A DNA stretch of 64,000 nucleotides from Macrostomum lignano. Taxonomy: Eukaryota. Below are positions 1 through 10,557 of the stretch, one piece after another. Position numbers and translations under genes: made by a program. The notes under the pieces are model-generated. The model was not told where the DNA came from and searched no databases. It saw nothing but the letters and a program-made list of their open reading frames with translations. How positions within the stretch are numbered: the first letter of the stretch is position 1; each line of letters begins with the position of its first letter. The stretch lies in NCBI GenBank assembly GCA_002269645.1, contig NIVC01001638.1:1-64000 (forward strand), given 5' to 3'.

Positions 1-2028
1 ATGGACGCAGCGAAAGAAGAAAAAATCCTCTGAAACAGTCAAGTTGTTGATCAGCGAGTTCAACGACTACGGGCATCGAACCACGGTACACGGCCTGGGC
101 CACATGTACCAGTCCACAGATGTCAGACGAAAGTTATTTTGGCTCCTCATCACTATCGTTGGATGCTTTGCCTGCGGCATTCACATCTACTTCATTGTGG
201 CCAACTAACAACAGAAACTCCAGTTAATTCCGTCATTCTAAACGGTGGAGTCCACGTGAATTTTCCAGACGTGACCCTCTGCAACATGTACCCGATCTCG
301 GAGTCGGTGCAGAACGCACGGAGCGCGGTGAGATCAGGGGTCACATTAGAAAATACTGGAGATTCTTTCGCGGCTTCATCAAAGCCTCAGCCGGAATGGA
401 CAACAGCACCAAGGATAGATTTAAAATGGCCAGGAAGTTCTTCAAAATTTTCTGGCATCCGAGGACACAAGAGACCTGGCTCACGACGACGACCTATTTC
501 TAGTCTACTGCAGGTATAAAAGTCGTCCCTGCTCTAACAAGCAGTTCAAAATGGTTCAAAAACATCGACTACTGGAACTGCTACACATTCACGCCAAAAT
601 TCGACGGAGAGGAGGAGGAAGACAGGCGCGTGTACAGCGGCAACGAAGACGAGGGCTTGAACCTCATCATGTACACCAATTCACACCTCAGAAATATTCA
701 CGCTAGTAACGCATTGACAACGACAAAGGGCTTCTACGATGAGGAAAATAACGGTAAAGACAGTTCAAACGGTGATAAGTCAAACTATTTAGAGCGCTAC
801 CTGGTGAACTACAATCTGTCTCTGAACCAGCTGCTGGCAGGCGATAAAATGGAGCCCGATGGAATTCGGGTCATTCTCCACGAGAAAGGAACTTACCCCC
901 ACATGGACATGAACAGCGTGATCGTTGGCAACGGAGACTACTCCAAAGTCGTCTTCTCAATGGAGCGCAAGATTTCCAAGAACCGGCCGATTTCCCGTGC
1001 CGAGAAACCTCCGAGGACGCCGCCGATGAGGAGGTGGAGTACGTTTCCTACTACCCTGGCGTCGATGTGAGGTACACCACAAGAGACCGCCACCGAACTT
1101 CAAGAAGTTCAAGCGCGATCGACTCGACTACGTAGTGACTCGAGTCCAGGACCTGTTCTGGTCGAGCTGCAGCTGCTACACCCACGTGGTCCCGTTCTCG
1201 CACTTCAACTCGAAGCTGTGCTACTTTTGCAGAAACGGCACGGACCCAGTGGAGATCCGACGCACTCTCGAGCGAGTCCACTGCCACGACAGAGTCTACC
1301 AGAACCAGCTGAAGAAGAACATCCTCACCTACTTCAGCGACTCGCAGCGCTTCCAGCCGTGCACTGGCGACGAATACGACGTGAAGATGGGCAGCTCAGC
1401 GTGGCCCAGCCAGCGCGACATCATGTTCCTCGTCGACCAGTACGTGATTCCCGCCTTCCTGCACGAGAGCGTCGGCAACCGGTCCTACAACAGCATCCTG
1501 AAGAACACGAGAGTCTACCCGATCCGCGACATCGTCGGGACGACGCCCGAGCAGGCGATCGGCTCAAAGACTATCAAGTCGTTCAACTGGACCGTGGACG
1601 AGTTCCTCATTCGCAAGAGCTTCCTCAAGGTGGCCATCCACGCCGACAGCCCGACGGGAACGCTCAACGAAGAGGTCGAGAGCTACTCGTTCGCCGAGGC
1701 GCTGTCGGAGATCGGCGGCATCTTCGGCCTCTACGCCGGCGTCTCGCTGCTCACCTTCTTCGAGTTCGTCGAGCTCGCCTACCTGATGGCCACGAAGCCG
1801 AAGGAGGTGACGCGGCATGAGAAGGACGGCAAGTCGAAGTTCGCCATGCTGCAGCAAACCATGGAGGACGGAGAGCTGCCAGCCAGCGAGGTGCTCAAGT
1901 ACAAGCAGCTGTTCGACCGCGGCAACTGCTGCGCCCTGCCAACGGCCAGCGCCTCCCAGCAGAGCAGGAGCTTCATCATGCAAGCTGAGAGGGAGGGTTC
2001 AGTTCGACGTCCGGTGATTGTTTCTTGA
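1..2028 (+). CDS. DEG/ENaC-family (FaNaC/ASIC-like) amiloride-sensitive cation channel, copy A; intronless, 5'-truncated by the window, with several 1-nt indels
   Basis: Frame from nt 2 reads SETVKLLISEFNDYGHRTTVHGLGHMY (HG motif) then RKLFWLL (TM1). Later pieces give FPDVTLCN, YWNCYTF, GIRVILHE, WPS and TM2 SEIGGIFGLYAGVSLLTFFEFVE; stop at 2026-2028. Frame breaks near ~205, ~335, ~395, ~560, ~988 and ~1080 relative to copy B; sequencing error versus pseudogene is unresolved. Confidence 0.9.
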
Positions 2029-3239
2029 CCCGAATAATTTTGGCCGCAATTTTTCACGCATTCAGAAGGCTGAGTTCCCCGTTCATTGTATTATTGGTGT
2101 TGACTTTGAAGCAGAATAGCTTCATCGGTGCACATGTGCGCGGCTTGTACATGCCTTGCGAAGAGAAAGTCAGGTGCGCGTTGTTAGAGGTCAGTAACTC
2201 GTATGATGGGCCTAACGGATTGCAAGTTGACTATTGCCTTGCTCTGAATAATTTTGCAAGTGTATCCGTGAACTAAATATAAATATCTTACCGAACGACG
2301 TTTCAGCAAAAATATGCAGCTTGGTATGTTTTTGTATTATCCCTTGATATATTGTACATTACTGTTCTATAAAGTGCTGCCATTTTTACTTTCGCGTTTT
2401 CGTTTGGGCGTCGGTTTTTAACTTTTTGGTACCCTGTAAATGGGATTAATGCGAACTCTTTTGATCCTTTGACTCACGTTGATACCATTTTTACCGCTAT
2501 TTGGACAGATAAAACCTTAACAGTATTGCTCATTTAATTGTCTATTAATAAATTTTAGTATGTTTCCTTACATATAAAAGTTATTGTTTTTGCAATCATT
2601 TAATTGATAGTTTGTTATACTTTGCTAAGAGAGCAGCAAACCGGCTTCAAAAAAAAAGAAAAGCAGTGAAAGGCCCACGCAGCGAGAGCACTGCATGCGA
2701 GTGGCTCACAGATGGACTGCAGCTAAAAAGAAGATCTTCGGCACGGTCAGAATGATTGATCGGATTGGCCTAAATAATGTGTGCTTCCAGCGAGGCTGGG
2801 GCAGAGGGCATGTAGGCAATGTGAATCCCTGTGCACCCCTTAGCTGGAATAATACCTTACAGCTATATGCATGTACAGCATATGGTGGAACTGCTGCAGT
2901 ATGAAGGGCGGCATTTCAAGAGAGCAAAAATTACTTCAAGAGCCGCCTTAATACACTGCCTTGCTGTTAGACAGAAATTTCCTTACCTCTGGACGAATAT
3001 GTTGAGGAATAGTGATCTATAGAAGGATGTTACTAAGCCAAAATGCGTTTATATGTACCTTGGTATTTTGCTTTCCTAAAACTGAAATTCAAGAAATAGC
3101 TTGTAAGCCTTATAGTACGTTATTGATGCAGAAAGTTGCAATTTGTAATCGCCTGTCAGATAAAGATCAAGAACTACTAAAGTAGAAGAACGCAACACTC
3201 GAAATCTATGGAAACTGTTTTAAAGGCCTTTTGACTTAC

Positions 3240-3452
3240 TTGACTTAGCTGCAGGGCGGTCCGAAGACTCAGCGGGGAGGCGAGCGTCGCCCATTCCGCT
3301 AATCCCTGAGAGACCCGCATAGGCTAGGGCGAGGGGCCGGTCTGGGAGGTCTGCCGGTCCTGTCTGCAGCGTTGTCCTCGGTGGGGAAGACGGAGGCTCG
3401 TTTGGTGGCCCGGAGGAACCGGATGAGCCGTGGGACGTAGAAAGAAACAACA
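3240..3452 (-). other. Candidate orphan coding exon (213 nt, phase 1-1) in the spacer between the ENaC genes
   Basis: GC-rich island in AT-rich DNA, with acceptor ttcctatttccgtAG and donor GTaagt, open throughout (LFLSTSHGSSGSSGPPNEPP...SSDRPAAKS). Parent gene not identified. Confidence 0.4.
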
Positions 3453-4374
3453 CTACGGAAATAGGAAGTTTTCACTTTTTACATATTACAATTGTTATTG
3501 CTTTCGATAAGAGGCAGACCCAATGTTTATCTTTTGATATGTTGTGCCTTTCCTATAGCCCTATTGATAATTATATAGCTTTTGTTTAGAAAATTAGGAT
3601 TCTATATGTTATTTTTGCATTCTACGTACATTACCTGCACCTAAAAATGCTAAAAAATGCTACACATACTGCTACACAGTCAGCTATAAGAATGACAAAA
3701 TAGATTCATAAAACCAATAAGCCGAGCTGTGCCACTTTAATCGTTTTTAGACACAGGACATGTGCAGTTGTACGTAGAATAAAAATTAACACAGAATCAT
3801 AGTTTTCTGAACAAAAAGCTTTACAAACGTCAATAGAGCTGTAAAAAAGGCACAACATATCAAAAGATGAACATTGGGTCTGCCTACTACCAAAAGCAAA
3901 TACAATTTTAATAATGAAAAAGTGAAAATTTCTTATCCCCGTAGTGTATTTTTCGACGAAAAGTGGCCTTCAAAACTTTTTTTCCATGAAACGTGAGTTT
4001 CGCGTCCTGTATATACGTTGCTTTAGTTGTCCATGCTAAAGATACGCTTGAAACAATAGTCTTAAATCTACATGTATTGTAGTTGTGACACTGAGCGATT
4101 ATAGATTCCAGATTGTCTCCCCTGGCTCACTGCGCGAATAAGTATATATTTGGTCAAGACCCTTTAATCCGCAGTGCACCGACCCGCAACCGCCATAAGC
4201 AGCCGGCCAATCAGGGCAAGCTTAGGGTAGAGAGGTACCTGATATGCTAGGAGGTGACACTGCAGGGGACTGCACGTAAAACGGCTAACAACAATGTAGT
4301 GCGGCAGCCAATTAGAATTTGACTGCCAGGGGCCGGGGCAGTCAGGGTGGGGTGGTGGGTTTAGCAAACGCAGT

Positions 4375-4880
4375 GGGAGAGGCAGGGGGATCAGCAGAGG
4401 CAGAGTGGGGAGCAGAGGCAGAGGGGGAGCAGAGGCAGAGTGGGGAGCAGAGGCAGAGGGGGAGCAGAGGCAGAGTGGGGAGCAGAGGCAGAGGGGGAGC
4501 AGAGGCAAAGTGGGGAGCAGAGGCAGAGTGGGGAACAGAGGCAGAGGGGGGCAGAGGCAGAGGGGGGCAGAGGCAGAGGGGGCAGAGGCAGAGTGGGGAG
4601 CAGAGGCAGAGGGGGGCAGAGGCAGAGGGGGGCAGAGGCAGAGTGGGGAGCAGAGGCAGAGGGGGGGGGCAGAGGCAGAGGGGGGCAGAGGCAGAGTGGG
4701 GGCAGAGGCAGAGTGGGGAGCAGAGGCAGAGGGGGGCAGAGGCAGAGGGGGGCAGAGGCAGAGTGGGGGCAGAGGCAGAGTGGGGGCAGAGGCAGAGTGG
4801 GGAGCAGAGGCAGAGGGGGGCAGAGGCAGAGGGGGCAGAGGCAGAGTGGGGGCAGAGGCAGAGTGGGGAGCAGAGGCAGA
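4375..4880. repeat. G-rich minisatellite, ~15-16-bp unit (GGGGCAGAGGCAGAG / GGGGAGCAGAGGCAGAGT)
   Basis: Direct inspection; produces the spurious ORFs 4164..5009. Confidence 0.95.
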
Positions 4881-5750
4881 AGAGGAAGGCAGAGAAGGAT
4901 TTTAACAAACTCTGAATCACTTCGTTTTCAATGCTTAGGGCAGAGGCTGAAACTTAGCTTCCGATATGTATATATCAGAAATTTTTTTTCGCTGTTAACT
5001 TCTAATTAAAATTAGTAAAATAATTTTGTTGAAACAAAATCTCTATTATTTGGATTTCTAATCAGTTCCAAAAATGTATCGTTTTTTCTGTCTATTCAGC
5101 ATCCACAAAATCCACGAAACTTCATTGATAACGGAGTTACGAGTAGACAGCATATTGACTGGTACAGACAACCGATGCACTGACATATATTTGCATTTAT
5201 TACAGGAAATTAGTATAGAATTCAATAAGTATTCTGTGATTTATGTGTGACATGAAAGTGCAATAACTTAGGCGTAAATTCAATGAAAGTCAACAGTTAA
5301 AAACTCCTGCTAGGGATAACAAAAACACAACACAACTACAACTATTTAAGTTGTCTTTAATTTCTGCAAAAAATTATACATTTATAATACATCAAGTTTT
5401 ACATAGCATTTTATTGAATAATGAACAACTTCCAACGCTCTGAAACTTCTTGGATGCTGCAGTTCGACAAACTAGAGACTTTATTTATTGCTTTTTCTAC
5501 TGAACCTTACGTCGAATCAATCTGCTGTACTACTAGACAGTAGTGCTATGTGGGTAATTTATTGAAGCCAGCCTGTTTTTCTCCGTTAATCTAGCATCAG
5601 CTGTACCTAAATTGCTGTTGAAGTCTGAAGACGGTGGTCTGGTTATGCTCAATGAAACTTATTTTGTTTTTTGCACTTTACATCAGTTGCTACTGACAAG
5701 TAGTTTAAATGATTAACGAAATAAGCACTTATAAATAATTCAGCGATAAC

Positions 5751-7848
5751 TCAAGCAAGGAAAAGAGAGTCCTCCCTCTCAGCTTGCATGATGAAGCTCC
5801 TGCTCTGCTGGGAGGCGCTGGCCGTTGGCAGGGCGCAGCAGTTGCCGCGGTCGAACAGCTGCTTGTACTTGAGCACCTCGCTGGCTGGCAGCTCTCCGTC
5901 CTCCATGGTTTGCTGCAGCATGGCGAACTTCGACTTGCCGTCCTTCTCATGCCGCGTCACCTCCTTCGGCTTCGTGCCATCAGGTAGGCGAGCTCGACGA
6001 ACTCGAAGAAGGTGAGCAGCGAGACGCCGGCGTAGAGGCCGAAGATGCCGCCGATCTCCGACAGCGCCTCGGCGAACGAGTAGCTCTCGACCTCTTCGTT
6101 GAGCGTTCCCGTCGGGCTGTCGGCGTGGATGGCCACCTTGAGGAAGCTCTTGCGAATGAGGAACTCGTCCACGGTCCAGTTGAACGACTTGATAGTCTTT
6201 GAGCCGATCGCCTGCTCGGGCGTCGTCCCGATGATGTCGCGGATCGGGTAGACTCTCGTGTTCTTCAAGATGCTGTTGTAGGACCGGTTGCCGACGCTCT
6301 CGTGCAGGAAGGCGGGAATCACGTACTGGTCGACGAGGAACATGATGTCGCGCTGGCTGGGCCACGCTGAGCTGCCCATCTTCACGTCGTATTCGTCGCC
6401 AGTGCACGGCTGGAAGCGCTGCGAGTCGCTGAAGTAGGTGAGGATGTTCTTCTTCAGCTGGTTCTGGTAGACTCTGTCGTGGCAGTGGACTCGCTCGAGA
6501 GTGCGTCGGATCTCCACTGGGTCCGTGCCGTTTCTGCAAAAGTAGCACAGCTTCGAGTTGAAGTGCGAGAACGGGACCACGTGGGTGTAGCAGCTGCAGC
6601 TCGACCAGAACAGGTCCTGGACTCGAGTCACCACGTAGTCGAGTCGATCGCGCTTGAACTTCTTGAAGTTCGGTGGCGGTCTCTTGGTGGTGTACCTCAC
6701 ATCGACGCCAGGGTAGTAGGAAACGTACTCCACCTCCTCATCGGCGGCGTCCTCGGAGGTTTCTCGGCACGGGAAATCCGGCCGGTTCTTGGAAATCTTG
6801 CGCTCCATTGAGAAGACGACTTTGGAGTAGTCTCCGTTGCCAACGATCACGCTGTTCATGTCCATGTGGGGTAAGTTCCTTTCTCGTGGAGAATGACCCG
6901 AATTCCATCGGGCTCCAACCTGTCTCCGGCTAGCAGCTGGTTCAAAGAAAGACTGTAATTCACCAGGTAGCGTTCGAGAAAATTAGACTGATCTCGACGC
7001 AACCCCTGTTTTGCTTCGCTTCGTGTCAGATTTATAATTCCGTCTACAGTCGTGAGGCTGTTGTTCGCATGGATATTTCTGAGGTGCGAATTGGTGTACA
7101 GAATCATGTTGAGACCGTCGTCTTCATTTCCACTGTACACGCGCCTGTCCTCATCTTCCTCTCCATCGAACTTTGGCGTGAATGTGTAACAGTTCCAGTA
7201 GACAATGTTCTGCACCATTTTGAAATGCTTGCTAGTGCACTTACGGTTTTTGTATCTGCAGTAAACTAGAAATAGGTCGTCGTCGTGAGCCAGGTCTCTT
7301 GTGTCCTCGGATGCCCAGAAAATTTGAAAGAACTTCCTGGCCATTTGAAATCGATTCCTGGTGCTATTTTCATATCCCGTCGAAGCTTTGATGAAGCCGC
7401 GAAAGAATCTCCAGTATTTTCTAATGTGACCCCGGATCTCACCGGCTCCGTGGTTCTGCACCGACTCCGAGATCGGGTACATGTTGCAGAGGGTCACGTC
7501 TGGAAAGGTCACTCGAATCCCACCGTTGAGAATGACGGAATTAACTGGAGTCTCGTTGTAGTTTTCTACAATGAAGTAGATGTGAACTCCACAGGCTATT
7601 GAGCCAATAACGGTGAGCGCTAGCCAGAACAGTTTGCGTCTCATGTCTGTAGACTGGTACATGTGGCCCAGGCCGTGCACCGTGGTTCGATGCCCGTAGT
7701 CGTTGAACTCGCTGATCAACATTTGCGCCGTTTCGGCCGCTGATTTTGGTCGATTCTGACTGCGCGGATAGTTTTGAGGAGGTGCTGGTGGAAGGTCCGG
7801 CTTCCATGGTCTTTTCTGTGGCTCCGCCATCTCTTTAGGGCCTTGCAT
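5751..7848 (-). CDS. DEG/ENaC-family (FaNaC/ASIC-like) channel, copy B; intronless, ~700 aa after correcting two 1-nt deletions
   Basis: ORFs 6856..7848, 5957..6865 and 5751..6548 join if one C is restored at ~6870 (TACCCC[C]ACATG) and at ~5977 (GATGG[C]CACG); both bases are present in copy A. HG motif, TM1, Cys-rich extracellular domain and TM2 with a GVS filter are all present. Confidence 0.93.
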
Positions 7849-8218
7849 ACTTAGTCCAAACTACTGACAAAGCCTAGTTTAGGATTTCTAGAACCCGAGT
7901 CTGTTTAATCTTAATCTCACTGATGATGCACATGGCAACGGAAAGGAAGAATTTGCGGTCATTGCTGCAAACGAATGTAATTGGTGAAGAAATTTTGTAC
8001 GAATAGTTGCTAGGATGCAGATTTATCCCGCAACCTATGGTTTTGGACCTCTACAGTGCGTGTACTTGTAAATTTTTCGAATTGGAAATTCTGTCTAGAA
8101 ATTTGCACTAAAAAGCCGCGTTGAAAGTTCGTGAAACTAAGTTTACAGTTTACTTGTTCCAATAAACACAGAGACCTAGAGAAAATGTTAATTAAAGTAA
8201 AAAGTACAGGTAATTCTT

Positions 8219-8338
8219 CTTGATCCTTAGACATTTCAGGGATTCCCCTTGATCCTTAGACATCTCAGCAATTCCCCTTGATCCTTAGACATCTCAGCGA
8301 TTCTCCTTGATCCTTAGACATCTCAGCAATTCCCCTTG
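8219..8338. repeat. 29-bp tandem repeat, 4 copies (TGATCCTTAGACATCTCAGCAATTCCCCT)
   Basis: Unit starts at 8221, 8250, 8279 and 8308. Confidence 0.9.
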
Positions 8339-8792
8339 GTCTTGAGTCATTTCAACAGTTCACTTTGAGCCATGTCTTGACTTTCGCGTAATTCTCCATG
8401 AGCCTTTTGCCCCATATCTATCTATGACTTAGACACCTGACAAGCTCCTCATGAAACTGAGGCCTTATTTCGTAAAATGTACAATAGCTTTGCTGTCTCT
8501 CTCTTGTAGAAGCCACCGCAACTTGGCTGCAGATTAGCAAAACAGCACTCTAACCTACCTTGATTCGCATGCTTTTAACCGAAGCCCTTGTGATTTACAA
8601 GTACCATAGCTATTATTTGAAAGTTCTTTCCTACCGACAGGAGCAACAGAAAGTTATTGATTACAAGCATTGTAAGGTTGGCATTTAGGTGGCCGAATCA
8701 TTCAGCATGTATTCGGGTAGCCAAACATTGCTGTGTGGCAGTGCAGACAGCAGACACTGGAATCGACTTCGTTGTGAATTCAGTAATGTTTC

Positions 8793-9479
8793 GGCACCCC
8801 TTGGTGCTGGCGCCCCTTGGTGCTGGCGCCCCTTGGTGCTGGCGCCCCTTGGTGCTGGCGCCCCTTGGTGCTGGCGCCCCTTGGTGCTGGCGCCCCTTGG
8901 TGCTGGCGCCCCTTGGTGCTGGCGCCCCTTGGTGCTGGCGCCCCTTGGTGCTGGCGCCCCTTGGTGCTGGCGCCCCTTGGTGCTGGTGCCCCTTGGTGCT
9001 GGCGCCCCTTGGTGCTGGCGCCCCTTGGTGCTGGCGCCCCTTGGTGCTGGCGCCCCTTGGTGCTGGCGCCCCTTGGTGCTGGCGCCCCTTGGTGCTGGCG
9101 CCCCTTGGTGCTGGCGCCCCTTGGTGCTGGCGCCCTTGGTGCTGGCGCCCCTTGGTGCTGGCGCCCCTTGGTGCTGGCGCCCTTGGTGCTGGCGCCCTTG
9201 GTGCTGGCGCCCCTTGGTGCTGGCGCCCTTGGTGCTGGCGCCCCTTGGTGCTGGCGCCCCTTGGTGCTGGCGCCCCTTGGTGCTGGCGCCCCTTGGTGCT
9301 GGCGCCCCTTGGTGCTGGCGCCCCTTGGTGCTGGCGCCCCTTGGTGCTGGCGCCCCTTGGTGCTGGCGCCCCTTGGTGCTGGCGCCCCTTGGTGCTGGCG
9401 CCCCTTGGTGCTGGCGCCCCTTGGTGCTGGCGCCCCTTGGTGCTAAAGCCCCTTGGTGCTAAAGCCCCTTGGTGCTGGC
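8793..9479. repeat. 16-bp GC-rich minisatellite (TTGGTGCTGGCGCCCC)n
   Basis: Near-perfect array of about 40 units with a few 15-bp variants. Confidence 0.97.
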
Positions 9480-9793
9480 GAGGCGAGGCAAAAGAATAAA
9501 AGTTGCATTCGAGCTACGATGTCTTGAAAGTGCACCAGTTCGTAAGGCTTTTGGGTCTGCGGCACCGATGGCTGGTTGTTTACCGGGCACGCAGGGGGGG
9601 GGGGGCTGCGCAGACCTGTCGGGGAAATGACTAATGAAGGAAGGCTCTCCTCCTCATCAGCTTGGCTACTTCTGTTTTCAAGGTTTCCAGTTGTAGGCCT
9701 CGACAGCGCAATTCACCTACTAATAATGCACTTTTGGATATCAGGTTGAAAGCATTTGATGCAGATGTATACTTTAATAGAAGTGAAGTCCTG

Positions 9794-10300
<507 letters not shown>

Positions 10301-10557
10301 GTGAAGCGACTTAATTAGTCTCGGCCATAGTTCTATATATAGTTGTAAATATTGACATATTTTACCATAGACAATAATTATTTGAAGTGCCTGAATGCTA
10401 AGAAGTTTCAGTAAGTCTCACATTTTATATTAATAAGTAGCAACTTGATCTTAAATTACATTATGACAGCTTAACTACTCTTTTTTTCCAATCTAGAATC
10501 CTTCTAGAGTCTTTAAAATGATGATTAAGCCAAATGATTAGCCAATCTGACGTTTAG

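Noticed and set aside
1218-6811. Alternative-frame and antisense ORFs over the ENaC genes (e.g. 1218..1820, 1564..1983, 5784..5987)
   Set aside because: By-products of very high GC3 codon usage; no recognisable motifs.
8657-9499. 209-280 aa PLGAGAPWCWR ORFs (also 4319..5009, 30722..31777, 41588..42372, 61392..61993)
   Set aside because: Minisatellite read-through.
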